Below, one piece after another: positions 39,501 through 53,700 of a stretch of DNA of 64,000 bases (position 1 is its first letter; every line of letters starts with the position of its first letter). Made by a program: the position numbers and the translations under genes. Source of the stretch: Azolla caroliniana (lineage: Eukaryota > Plantae > Polypodiophyta); contig JBHGNT010000003.1 in assembly GCA_043228905.1 (NCBI GenBank), positions 1 to 64,000 of the forward strand. The letters run 5' to 3'. Below the pieces are notes generated by a model that saw only the letters and a list, made by a program, of their open reading frames with translations, was not told the origin of the DNA and made no database searches.

Positions 39501-41279
39501 GCCAAGATTGTTAGCTTCGATTCGCATGTTTGAACACAAAAATCTGATATCACACGGGCCATGTATGAATATTTTTATTTACTAACGGGCTCTTCTCAAC
39601 TCCCTCCTGAAATTTGCTAATTTCTTCATGTCTCTCGACCTGAGATTCAAAATCTCAATTTTTTAATGCCATATCATAGCTAGCGTTGTTAGCTTCGATA
39701 GCATATTTAAATAGAAAAATCCGATCTCACACGAGCCATGTATGAATATTTTAATTTGGTAACGGGCTCTTCTAAACTCCCTCCTCAAATTTGCTAATTT
39801 CTTCAATGTCTCTCGCCCTGAGTTTCAAAATCTTGATTTTTCAATTCCATATCATAGCTACTGTTGTTAGCTTCGATTTGCATTTTTTAACACAATAATC
39901 AAGATATCACACGAGCCAGGTATGAACATTTTAATTTACTAACGGGCTCTTGTCCACTCCCTCTTCAAGTTTGCTATTTTTTTCGTGTCTCTCGACCTAA
40001 GATGCAAAATCTTCATTTTTTAATTCCATATCATAGCTAGCGTTGATAGCTTCGATTCGCATGTTTGAACACAAAAATCTGATATCACACGAGCCAGGTA
40101 TGAACATTTTACTTTACTAACGCGCTCTTGTCCACTCCCTCCTCAAAATTGCTATTTTCTTCGTGTCTCTCGACCTAAGATTCAAAATCTTGATTTTTCA
40201 ATTCCATATCATAGCTAGCGTTGTTAGCTTTGATTTGCTTGTTTGACTTCAAAAATCCGATATCACACGATCCAGGTATGAACATTTTCATTTACTAATG
40301 GGTCTTTCTCCACTCCCTCCTCAAGTTTGCTATTTTCGTCATGTCTCTCGACCTGAGTTTTAAAATTTTGATTTCTCACTTCAATATCATAGCTAGCGTT
40401 GTTACCTTCCATTCGCATGTTTGACCACAGACATCTAATATCACACGAGCTAGGTATCAACATTTTAATTTACTCACGGGTTCTTCTCAACTCCCTCCTT
40501 AAATTTGCTAGTTTCTTCATGTGTCTCGACCGGAGTTTCAAAATCTTGATTTTTAATTCCATATCATTGCTACGATTGTTAGCTTCGTTTTGCATGTTTG
40601 AACACAAACATCCGATATCACACGAACAATGTATGAACGTTTTCATTTACTCACGCGCTCTTGACCACTCCCTCCTCAAGTTTGCTATTTTCTTCGTGTC
40701 TCTCAACTTGAGTTTCAAAATCTTGGTTTTTTAATTCCAAATCATAGCTAGCTTTGTCTACGCCTTCCTAGAGTTTACTTTTTTCTTAATTTCTCTCGAT
40801 GTGAGTTTCAAAATCGTGAAATTTCAATAACATATTAGAGAGTGTGTCATTAACTTTGATTTGTATGTCTGAACACAAAAATCCGATATCACACGAGCCA
40901 TCTATGAAGATTTTCATGTAGTCACGTGTTGTTGTCTACGCCTACCTCGACTTTGACTTTTTTCTTCATGTCGCTCGACGTGAGTTTAAAACTGATGATT
41001 TTTCAATTTTATATTATAGGGTGTGTGGTTAGCTACGATTCGCATCTTTGAACCCAGAAATCCGATATCACATTCGCCATCTATGAAGATTTTCATTCAG
41101 TCATGTGCCCTTGTCTACGCGTTCGTCAACGTTGCCTTTTTCTTCATGTCTGTCGACGTGAGTTTCAAAATCTTGATTTTTCTGTTGCATATTATAGAGT
41201 GTGTCATTAGCTTCGATTCGAATCTCTCACCACAAAATTCCGATATCACACGAACCATCGATGAAGATTTTCATGTAGT
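18520..41279 (+). repeat. 178-bp satellite, intermediate-divergence layer
   Basis: Same monomer with diagnostic variants (tactaacgcgctcttctccactagctcctcaaatttg; cataggtagtg), more indels and truncated monomers. Divergence rises towards 41 kb. Confidence 0.96.
26700..28210 (+). repeat. Local 3-monomer higher-order repeat (~528 bp)
   Basis: Marker ttttcattttcattttcaagggctattctcaactgcctcctcacg at ~26761, ~27289 and ~27817, each followed by the same two variant monomers including the deletion monomer tttactctccactacc. Dispersed copies of the marker occur up to ~32.1 kb. Confidence 0.85.
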
Positions 41280-41380
41280 CGTAATGTGAGGCAAAGAGCG
41301 AAAAATACAACAAACCAGTAATAGATTAAAAGATGAAATAGGATACAATTGGTGTCAAGCTGGAGGTAGAGGTTCGAGCT

Positions 41381-41422
<42 letters not shown>

Positions 41423-41735
41423 GCGCCTGCGCACATACGCACTAGTCACGCTTTGGTCGGAAGTGCACGAGCTTCCTACATGAGTAGATGCCTCACCCTA
41501 GCTATCCGAATCAGCACTGAATAGGACAAGAAAACAAACAGATCTCCTTATCACAACTGTAGCATCTTCTGTTCCAAAATGATGGATCCCAAATATAGAC
41601 TCCCTCCCTCCCTCCCTCAAGGGGTGGGAGGGTCAGTGTCACATCAGGCTCTTAAGAGAGCCTTTTCGGTCAGAGATCCTCCCCATGATTCTCTACCCTC
41701 ACCCACCTTTGTTCCCCTCTATCCGCAGGATCATA
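41280..41735. mobile_element. ~456-bp non-satellite insertion, probable solo LTR or retroelement remnant
   Basis: Unique non-coding segment with termini cgtaat...atcata (possible decayed TG...CA) and an internal (CA)n tract, as in the CA/GT-rich LTR at 63.1-63.6 kb. No target-site duplication visible. Confidence 0.5.
41384..41420. repeat. (CA)n microsatellite
   Basis: Pure CA run read directly. Confidence 0.97.
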
Positions 41736-44700
41736 AAGTTTGAAAATTGCGATTTTTCAATTTTATATCATAACTAGCGTTGTTAGCTTCGATTCGCATG
41801 TTTGAACACAAAAATCTGATATCACACGAGGTAGGTATAAACATTTTCATTTAGTCACGCGCTCTTATCTACGACTTCCTCAACTTTGCTTTTTTCATCA
41901 GGTCTCTCTACCCTAGTTTCAAAATCGTGATTTTACATTTCTATATTATAACTAGCATTGTTAGCTTCGATTCGCATATTTGAACACAAAAGTCCAATAT
42001 CACACGAGCCAGGTATGAACATTTTCATTTACTCGGGCGTTGTTGTCTAGCCACTCCTCACCTTTGCTTTTTTCTCTACGTGTCTCGGCTTGAGTTTCAA
42101 AATCATGATTTTTTAATACCATATCATAACTAGCATAGTTAGTTTCGATTCACATATTTGAACACAAAAATCTGATATCACACGTGGTAGGTATGAACAT
42201 TTTCATTTACTCACGCACTCTTGTCTACGACCTCCTCAAGTTTGCTTTTTTCTTCATGTCTCTCTACCTGACTTTCAAAATCATCATTTTTCAAGTCCAT
42301 ATCATAACTAGAGTTGTTAGCTAGGATTCACATATTTGTACACAAAATTCCGATATTACATGAGCCAGGTATGAACAATTTCATTTACTCATGAGGTCTT
42401 GTCTACGCCCTCCTCAATTTTGCTTTTTTCTTCATGTCGCTCGGTCTCAATTTCAAAATCATGATTTTTCAATTCCATATCAAAACTAGCATAGTTAGTT
42501 TCGATTCACATATTTGAACACAAAAATCTGATATCACACGTGGTAGGTATGAACATTTTCATTTACTCACGCACTCTTGTCTACGACCTCCTCAAGTTTG
42601 CTTTTTTCTTCATGTCTCTCTACCTGACTTTCAAAATCATCATTTTTCAAGTCCATATCATAACTAGAGTTGTTAGCTAGGATTCACATATTTGTACACA
42701 AAATTCCGATATTACATGAGCCAGGTATGAACAATTTCATTTACTCATGAGGTCTTGTCTACGCCCTCCTCAATTTTGCTTTTTTCTTCATGTCACTCGG
42801 TCTCAATTTCAAAATCATGATTTTTCAATTCCATATCAAAACTAGCATAGTTAGTTTCGATTCTCATGTTTGAACACAAAAATCCGATATCACACGAGCT
42901 AGGTATGAACATTTTCATTTACTCACGTGCTCTTGTCTACGACCTCATCAACTTTGCTCTTTTCTTCATGTCGCTCTACCTGAATTTCAAAATCGTCATT
43001 TTTCAATTCCATATCATAACTAGCGTTGTTAGCTACGATTCGCATGTTTGAACACAAAAATCCGATATCACACGAGCCAGGTCTAAACATTTTCATTTAC
43101 TCACGCGCTCTTATCAAGGCCCTCCTCAACAATTCTATATCATAACTAGCTTTGTTAGCTACGATTCGCATATTTGAACACAAAAATCCGATCTCACATA
43201 AGCCAGGTATGAAAATTTTCATTTACTCACACGTTCTTGTCTAGCCACTCCTCAACTTTGCTTTTTTTTTTTCACGTCGCTCAGCCTCAGTTTTAAAATC
43301 ATTATTTTTCAATTCCATATCATAACTAGCACAGTTACTTTTGATTCGCATGTTTGAACACAAATATCCGGTATCACACAAGCTAGGTATGAACATTTTT
43401 ATTTACTCACACACTCTTGTCCACGACCTCCTCAACTTTGCTTTCTACTTCATCTCTCTCTACCTGAGTTTCAAAATCGAGATTTTTCAACTCCATATCA
43501 TAACTAGCGTTGTTAGCTATGGTTCGCATGTTTGAACACAAAAATCTGATATCACACAAGCTAGCTATGAACATTTTAATTTACTCATGAACTCTTGCCT
43601 ACGACCTCCTCAACTTTACTTTTTTCTTCATATCTCTTAACCTGAGTTTCAAAATCTTGATTTGTCAAATCCACATCCTAGATAACGTCGTTAGCTTCAA
43701 TTCGCATGTTTGAACACAAAAATCCGATATCGCACGAGGTAGGTATGAACATTTTAATTTATTCACGTGCTCTTTTCTACGACCTCCTCAACTTTGCTTT
43801 TTTCTTCATGTCTCTCTACCTGAGTTTCAAAATCGTCATTTTTCAATTCCATATCATAACTAGCGTTGTTATCTACGATTCGCATGTTTGAACATAAAAA
43901 TCCGATATCACACGAGCCAGGTCTAAACATTTTCATTTACTCACGCGCTCTTGTCTAGGCCCTCCTCAACAATTCTATATCATAACTAGCGTTGTTAGCT
44001 ACGATACGCGTATTTGAACACAAAATTCTGATCTCACACAAGCCAGGTATGAGTCTTTTCATTTACTCACGCGTTCTTGTCTAGCCACTCCTTAACTTTG
44101 CTTTTTTTTTCATGTCGCTCAGCCTCAGTTTCAAAATCATGATTTTTCAATTCCATATTATAACTAGCATAGTTAGTTTCGATTCGCATGTTTGAAAACA
44201 AAAATCTGATATCACACAAGCTAGCTATGAACATTTTTATTTACTCACACACTCTTGTCTACGACCTCCTCAACTTTGCTTTTTACTTCATGTCTCTCTA
44301 CCCTAGTTTGAAAATCGTGATTTTACAATTCTATATCATAACTAGCGTTGTTAGCTTCGATTCGCATATTTGAACACAAAAATCCGATATCACACGAGCC
44401 AGGTATAAACATTTCCATTTACTCACGCGCTCTTGTCTAGCCACTCCTCACAAAAATTCGATATCTCACGAGGTAAGTATGAACATTTTCATTTAGTCAC
44501 ACGCTCTTGTCTACGACCTCCTAAACTTTGCTTTTTTCATCATGTCTCTCTACCCTAGTTTCAAAATCGTGATTTTACAATTCTATATCATAACTAGCGT
44601 TGTTAACTTCGATTTACATATTTGAACATAAAACTCCGATATCACACGAGCCAGGTATGCACATTTTCATTTACTCACGCGTTCTTGTCTAACCAGTCGT

Positions 44701-47700
44701 CAACATTGCTTTTCTCTTTATGTCTCTCGGCCTCAGTTTCAAAATCATGATTTTTTAATTCCATTTTCATAACTAGCATAGTTAGTTTCGATTCGCATGT
44801 TTGAACACAAATGTACTCACGCACTCTTGCCTACGACCTTATCAACTTTGCTTTTTTCTTCATATCACTCTACCTGAGTGTCAAAATCATGATTTTTCAA
44901 ATCCACATCAATGATAGCGTAGTTAGCTTCAATTCGAATGTTTCAACACAAAAATCCGATATCTGACAAGGTAGGTCTAAACAATTTCATTTAGTTACGT
45001 GCTCTTGTCTACGACCTCCTAAACTTTGCTTTTTTCATCATGTCTCTCTACCGTAGTTTCAAAATCGTGATTTTACAATTCTATATCATAACTAGCATTG
45101 TTTGTTTCTATTCGCATATTTGGACACAAAAATCCGATATGACACGAGCTAGGTATGAACATTTTCATTTACTCACGCGCTCGTGTCTACCCACTCCTCA
45201 CCTTTGCTTTTCTCTTTATGTCTATCGGCCTCAGTTTCAAAATCATAATTTCTCAATTCCATATCATAACTAGCATAGTTAGTTTCGATTCACATGTTTC
45301 AACACAGAAATCCGATATCACAGGAGCTAGGTATGAACATTTTCATTTACTCACGCGCTCTTGTCTAGCCACTCCTCAACTTTGCTTTTTTCTTCATGTC
45401 TCTCGGCCTAAGTTTCAAAATTATCATTTTTCAATTCCATATCATAACTAGGGTTGTTAGCTACGATTCACATGTTGGAACACAAAAAATTGATGTCGCA
45501 CGATCTAGGTAGGAACATTTTCATTTACTCACGAGGTCTTGTCTAAGCTCTCAACTTTTCTTTTTTCGTAATGTCTCTCGGCTTGAGTTTCAAAATCATG
45601 ATTTTTCAATTCCATATCATAGATAGCGTAGTTAGGTTCGATTCGCATGTTTGAACACAAAAATCCGATATCACACGAGGTAGGTATGAACATTTTCATT
45701 TACTCACGCACTCTTGTCTACGACCTCCTCAACTTTGGTTTTTTCTTCATGTCTCTCTATTTGAGGTTCAAAATCGTCATTTTTCAATTCCATATCATAA
45801 CTAGCGTTGTTAGCTACGAATCGCATGTTTGAATACAAACATCCGATATCACACGAGCTAGGTATAAACATTTTCATTTACTCACGTGCTCTTGTCTAGC
45901 CACTCCTCCACTTTGCTTTTCTCTTCATGTCTCTCGGGCTTAGTTTCAAAATCATCAATTTTCAATTTCATATCATAACTAGCATAGTTAGTTTCGATTC
46001 ACATGTTTGAACACAAAAATACGATATCACACGAGCTAGGTATGAACATTTTCATTTACTCATGATCTCTTGCCTACAACCTCCTCAACTTTGCTTTTTT
46101 CTTCATGTTTCTTTGCCTGAGTTTCAAAATAATTGTTTTTCAAATCCACATCATACATAGCGTAGTTAGCTTCCATTCGCATGTTTGAACACAAAAATCC
46201 GATATCACACGAGGTAGCTATGAACATTTTCATTTACTCACGCACTCTTGTCTACGACCTTCTCAACTTTGCTTTTTCTTCATTTCTCTCTACCTGAGTT
46301 TCAAAATCGTGATTTTTCAATTCCATATCATAACTAGCGTTGTTAGCTACGATTCGCAGGTTTGAACAGAAAAATCTGATCTCATATGAGCTAGGTATGA
46401 ACATTTTCATTTACTCACGGACTTTTTTCTATTACCTCCTCAACTTTGCTTTTTACTTCATGTCTCTTGGCTTGAGTTTCAAAATTATGATTTTTCATTT
46501 CTATATCATAACAAGTCTTGTTAGCTTCGATTCGCATATTTGAACACAAAAAATCGGTATGGACAATTTTATTTAGTCACGCTCTCTTGACTAGCCACTC
46601 CTCAACTTTGCTTTTTCTTTATGTCTCTCGGCCTCAGTTTCAAAATCATGATTTTTCAATTCCATATCATAAGTAGCATAGTTAGTTTCGATTCACATGT
46701 TTGAACACAAAAATCCGATATCACATGACCGAGGTATGAACATTTTCATTTACTCATGACCTCCTCAACTTTGCTTTTTCTTCATGTCTCTCGACCTGAG
46801 TTTCAAAATCGTGATTTTTCAATTCCATATCATAGATAGCGTAGTTAGCTTCAATTCGAATGTTTGAACACGAAAATCCGATATCACACGAGGTAGGTAT
46901 GAACATTTTCATTTACTCACGCACTCTTGTCTACGACCTTCTCAACTTTGCTATTTTCATCATGTCTCTGCACTTGAGTTTCAGAATTCTGATTTTTCAA
47001 TGCCATATCCTAGCTAGTGTTGTTGCCTTCCATTCGCATGTTTGAACACTAAATTCGATAATAGACGAGGCAGCTATGAACATTTTCCTTTACTCACGCC
47101 CTGTTGTCTACAACTTCCTCAACTTTGCTCTTATCTTCATGTCTCTTGAACTGAGTTTCCAAATCATGATATTTCAATCCTATATAAGAGCTAGCATTGT
47201 TAGCTTCGAATCGCATGTTTGAATATAAAAATCCAATATCACACGAGCCAGGTATGAACATTTTCATTTCCTCACACGTTCTTGTCTACGACTTCCTCAA
47301 CTTTCCTATTTTCTTCATGTCTCTCCATGTGAGTTTCATAATCTTGATTTTTCATTGTTTTATCATAGCTAGCGTTGTTGCCTTCTATTTGCATGTTTAA
47401 ACACAAAAATCCGATATTACACGAGGCAGATATGAACATTTTCCTTTAGTCACGCGCTCTTGTCTATGACGTCCTCAAGTTTGCTATTTTCTTCATGTAT
47501 CTCCATCTGAGTTTCAAAATCTTGATTTTTCATTGTCATATCATAGCTAGCGTTGTTGCCTTCCATTCGCATTTTTTAACACAAAAATTCGATATCACAC
47601 GAGGCAGGTATAAACATTTTCATTTATTCACACATTCTTCTCTACGACATCTTCAACTTCGCTAGTTTGTTCCTGTCTGTCCACCTAAGTTTCAAAATTA

Positions 47701-50700
47701 TGATTTTTCAATCCCATATAATCGCTAGTGTTGTTACATTCTATTCGAATATTTGAACACAAAAATCCGATATCACACGAGCCAGCTATGAGCATTTTCC
47801 TATACTCACACGCTTTTGTCTACGACTTCCTCAACTTTGCTATTATCTTCATGTCTCTTGACTTGAGTTTCAAAATCTAGATATTTCCTTCTCAAATCAT
47901 AACTAGCATTGTAACCTTCAATTCGCATGTATAAACCGAAAAATTCGATATCACACGAGCCAGGTATGAACATTTTCCTTTACTCACACGCTCTTGTCTA
48001 CGACTTCCTCAGGTGTGCTATTATCGTCATGATTTTCGACGTGAGTTTCAAAATCTTTATTTTTCCTTCACAAATCATAGTTAGCGTTGTTGCCTTCCAT
48101 TCACATGTTTGAACACAAAAATACGATATGACACGACGCAGGTATGAACATTTTCTCTAACTCACACGCTCTTGTCTACGACTTCCTCAACTTTGCTATT
48201 TTCTTCATGTCTCTCGACCTGAGATTCAAAATCTAGATTTTCAAAATCATAGCTAACGTTGTTGCCTACGATTCGCATGTTTAAACCGAAAAATTCGATA
48301 TCACACGAGCTAGGTATGAACATTTTCCTTTACTCACGCGCTCTTGTCTACGACTTCCTCAAGATTGCTATTATCTTCATGTCTCTCAACCTGATTCTTG
48401 AAATCATCATTTTTCAATCCCATAACATACCTAGCGTTGCTCCCTTCGATTTGCATGTTTGAACACAAAAATCCGATATCACACGATGCAGGTATGAACC
48501 TTTTTCTTTATTCATGCCCTCTTGTCTACGACGTCGTCAACTTTGCTATTTTGTTGATGTCTCTCCACCTGAGTTTCAAAATTATGATTTTTCAATACCA
48601 TATCATAGCTAGCGTTGTTACCTTCCATTCCAATGTTTGAACACAAAAATCCGATATCACATGAGCCAGGTATGAACATTTTCCATTACCCACGCGCTCT
48701 TATCTACGACTTCCTGAACTTTGCTATTATCTTCATGTCTCTCGAACTGAGTTTCAAAATGATGATTTTTCAATTCTATATCATAGCTAGCGGTATGAGC
48801 TTCGAATTGCATGTTTGAACACAAAAATCCAATATCATACAAGCCAGGTATGAACATTTTCATTTACTCACACGTTCTTGTCTACGGCTTCCTCAACTTG
48901 CCTATTTTCTTACTTTCTCTCCACCTGAGTTTCAAAGTCATGATTTTTCATTGTCATATCATAGCTAGTGTTGTTGCCTTCGATTCGCATGTTTGAACAC
49001 AAAAATCCAATATCACATGAGGCAGGTATAAACATTTTCATTTACACACACGTTCTTGTCTACTGCTCCCTCCACTTTGCTATTTTCTTCATGTCTCTCC
49101 ACCTGACTTTCGAAATCTTGATTTTTCATTCTCATATCATAGCTATCATTGTTACCTTCTATTCGCATGTTTGAACACTAAAATCCGATATCACACGCAA
49201 CAGTTATGAACATTTTCATTTACGCACACGTTCTTATCTACGCCTTCATCAACATTTCTATTTTCTTCATGTCTCTCCATCTAACTTTCAAAATCTTCAT
49301 TTTTCATTGTCATATCATCGCTAGCGTTGTTACCTTCCATTCGCATGTTTGAACACTAAAATCCGATATCACACACAACAGATATAAAATTTTCATTTAC
49401 TCACACGTTCTTATCTACGCCTTCATTAACATTCCTATTTTCTTCATATCTCTCCACCTGAATTTCAAAATCTTGATTTTTCATTGTCATATCATCGCTA
49501 GCGTTGTTTCCTTCGATTCACATTTTTGAACACAAAATTCTGATATCACACGAGGCAGGTATAAACATTTTCCTTTACTCACACGCTCTTGTCTACGACG
49601 TCCTCAAGTTTGCTATTGTCTTCATGTCTATCCACCTGAGTTTCAAAACTATGATTTTTCAATACCATATCATAGCTAGCTTTGTTGCCTTCGATTCGCA
49701 TGTTTGAACACTAAAATCCGATATCACACGAGATAGGTGTGAACATTCTCCTTTACTCACGCGCTCTTGTCTACGACGTCCTCAACTTTGCTATTATCTT
49801 CATGTCTGTCGACCTGAGTTTCAAAATCATTATTTTTCAATCCTATATCATAGGTAGCGTTGTTCCGTTTGATTCACATGTTTGAAAACTACAATCCGAT
49901 ATCAGACGAGGCAGGTATGAACATTTTCCTTTACTCGCACGCTCTTGTCTACGACGTCCTCAACTTTGCTATTATCTTCATGTCTCCCGTCCTGAGTTTC
50001 AAAATCATTATTTTTGTATTCTATATCATAGCTAGTGTTGTTAGCTTCGAATCGTATGTTTGAACACAAAAATCCGATATCACACGAGGCAGGAATGAAC
50101 ATTTTTCTTTACTCATGCGCTCTTGTCTACGACATCCTCAACTTTGATATTTTGTTCATGTCTGTCCACCTGAGTTTCAAAATTATGATTTTTCAATCCC
50201 ATAACATACGTAGCGTTGTTACCTTCTATTCGAATGTTTGAACGCAAAAATCCGATATCACGTGAACCAGGTATAAACATTTACGTTTACTCACGCGCTT
50301 TTGTCTACAATTTCCTCAAATTTGCTATTATTTTCATGTCTCTCGACCTGAGTTTTAAAATCATCATTTTCTATCCCATATCATACCCAACGTTGTTGCC
50401 TTCTATTTGCATGTTTGAACACAGAAATCCGATATCACACGAGGTAGGGATAAACATATTTCTTTACTCATGCGCTCCTATCTACGACGTCCTCAACTTT
50501 GCTATTTTATTCATGTGTGTCCACCTGAGTTTGAAAATTATGAATTTTCAATGCCATATCATAGCTAGCGTTGTTACCTTCCAGTCGAATGTTTGAACAC
50601 AAAAATCCGATATCACACGAGGCAGGTATGAACATTTTCCTTTACTCGCGCGCTCTTTTGTCTACGACGTCCTCAACTTTGCTATTATCTTCATGTCTCC

Positions 50701-53700
50701 CGTCCTGAGTTTCAAAATCATTATTTTTATATTCTATATCATAGCTAGCGGTGTGAGCTTCGAATCGCATGTTTGAACACAAAAATCTAATATCACACAA
50801 GCCAGGTATGAAGATTTTCTTTTACTCACACGCTCTTATCTATGACGTCCTCAACTTTGCTATTTTCTTCATGTCTCTCAACCTAAGTTTCCAAATTATG
50901 TTTTTTCAATCCCATGTCATACCTAGGGTTGTTGCGTTGGATTCGCATGTTCGAACCGAAAAATCTAATATCATACGAGCCAAATATGAAATTTTCCTTT
51001 ACTCAAGCGTTCTTGTCTATGGTTTCCTCAACTTTGCTATTATCTTCATGTCTTTCGACCTCAGTTTCACAATCATGATTTTTCACTGCCAAATGATAGC
51101 TCGCATTGTTACCTTTGATTCGCTTGTTTGAACACAAAAATCGGATATCACACGAGGTAGGTATGAACATTTTCTTTTACTTACACGCTCTTGTCTATGA
51201 CGTGCTCAACTTTGCTATTTTCTTCATGTCTTTCGACCTGAGATTCAAAATTATGTTTTTTCAATCCCATATCATACCTAGTGTTCATGCGTTTGATTCG
51301 CATGTTTGAACACAAAAATTCGATATCACACGAGCCATCTATGAACATTTTCCTTTACTCACGCGCTCTTGTCTACGACTTCCTCATTGTTGCTATTATC
51401 TTGATGTCTCTCGACCTCAGTTTCACAATCATGATTTTTCAATCCCATATCATAGCTAGCGTTGTTACCTTCGATTTGCATGTTTGAACACAAAAATCCG
51501 ATATCACACGAGCCAGGTATGAACATTTTCCTTTACTCACATGCTCTTGTGTACGACTTCCTCAACTTTGCTATTTTCTTCATGTCCCTCCACCTGAGTT
51601 TCATAACTATGATTTTTCAATCCCATATCATAGCTAGCGTTGTTACCTTCCATTCGTATGTTTGAACACAAAAATACAATATCACACGAGCCAGGTATGA
51701 ACATTTTCATTTACTCACACGTTCTTGTCTACGACTTCCTCATCGTTCCTATTATCTTCATGTCTCTCGACCTGAGTTTCAAAATTATGATTTTGTACTA
51801 CCGAATGATAGCTAGCATTGTTACCTTCGATTCACATGTTTCAACACAAAAATCTGATATCACACAAGGCAGATATGAACATTTTCTTTTACTGACAAGC
51901 TCGTGTCTATGACGTCCTCAACTTTGCTATTAACTGCATGTCTCTCGACCTAAGTTTCAAAATCATTATTTTTCAATACTATATTATAGCTAGCATTATT
52001 ACCTTGCATTCGTATGTCTGCACACAAAAATCCGATATCATACGAGGCAGGTATGAACATTTTTCTTTACTCACATGCTCTTGTCTACGATGTCCTCAAC
52101 TTTGCTATTTTCTTCATGTCTCTCCACCTGAGTTTCAAAATTATGATTTTTTAATCCCATATCATAGCTAGCGTTGTTACCTTCCATTCGTATACTTAAA
52201 TACAAAAATACGATATCACACGAGCTACATATGAACATTTTCATTTACTCACACCTTCTTGTCTACGCCTTCCTCAACTTTGCTATTTTCTATATGTCTC
52301 TCGAACTGAGTTTCAAAATCATGATTTTTCACTTCCAAACGATAACTAGCATTGTTACCTTCGATTCACATTTTTTAATACAAAAATCCAAAATCACACG
52401 AGGTAGGTATGACCATTTTCTTTTACTCATACGCTCTTGTTTACGACTTCCTCAACTTTGCTATTTTCTTCATGTCTTTGCACCTGAGTTTTATAATCTT
52501 GATTTTTCATTCTCATATCATAGCTAGCGTTCTTGTGTTCGAATCACATGTTTGAACAAAAATATTTGATATCAAACGAGCCAGGTATGAACATTTTCCT
52601 TTACTTACGCGCTTTTGTCTCGAACTTCCTCATCTTTGTTATTATCTTAAGTCTCTCGACCTGAGTTTCAAAATTATTATTTTTCAATCCTATATAAGAG
52701 CTAGCATTGTTAGCTTCGATTTGAATGTTTGGACACAAAAATGCGATATGACACGAGCCAAGTATGAACATTTTCATTTACTGAAGCACTCTTCTCCACG
52801 CCGTCCCCAACTTTTCTTTTTTCTTCATGTCTCTCGACCTGAGTTTCTAAATTATGATTTTCCAAACCAATATCATACCTAGCATTGTTGCGTTCGATTT
52901 GCATGTTTATACACAAAAATCTGATATCACAGGAAGAAGGTATGAACATTTTCCTTTACTCACGCGCTCTTCTCTACGACTTCCTCAACTTTGCTATTAT
53001 CCTCATGTCTCTTGACCTCAGTTTCAAAATCATAGCTAGCGTGAGTAAAGGATTGTTAGCTTCGAATCGTATGTTTAAACACAAAAATCCGATATCACAA
53101 GAAACAGGTATGAACATTTTCCTTTACTCACGCGCTCTTCTCTACGACTTCCTCAACTTTGCTATTATCCTCATGTCTCTTGACGTCAGTTTCAAAATCA
53201 TAGCTAGCGTGAGTAAAGGATTGTTAGCTTTGAATCGTATGTTTGAACACAAAAATCCGATATCACAAGAAACAGGTATGAACATTTTCTTTTACTCACA
53301 CGCTCTTGTCTACGACTTCCTCAACATTGCTATTATCTTCATGTCTCTCGACCTGAGTTTCAAAATATGGACTTTTCCTTCTCAAATCATAGCTAGCGTT
53401 ATTGCATTCGATTCGCATGTTTGAACACAAAAATCCGATATCACACGAGGCAGGTATGAACATTTTCCTTTACTCACGTGCTCTTGTCTACGCCTTCCTC
53501 AACTTTGCTATTTTCTTCATGTCTCTCGACCTGAGTTTCAAAATCATGATTTTCACTACCAAATGATAGCTTCGAATCGTTGTTTGAACACAAAAATCCG
53601 ATATCACACCAGGGAGGTTTGAACATTTTCTTTTACTCACACACTCTTCTCTATGACTTCCTCAACTTTGCTATTATCTTCATGTCTCTCGAACTGAGTT

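Noticed and set aside
14346-41736. Both the PLE and the 41.3-kb insert skip about 57 bp of monomer phase
   Set aside because: The skipped segments are different parts of the monomer and the elements are unrelated; with two events this is most likely coincidence.
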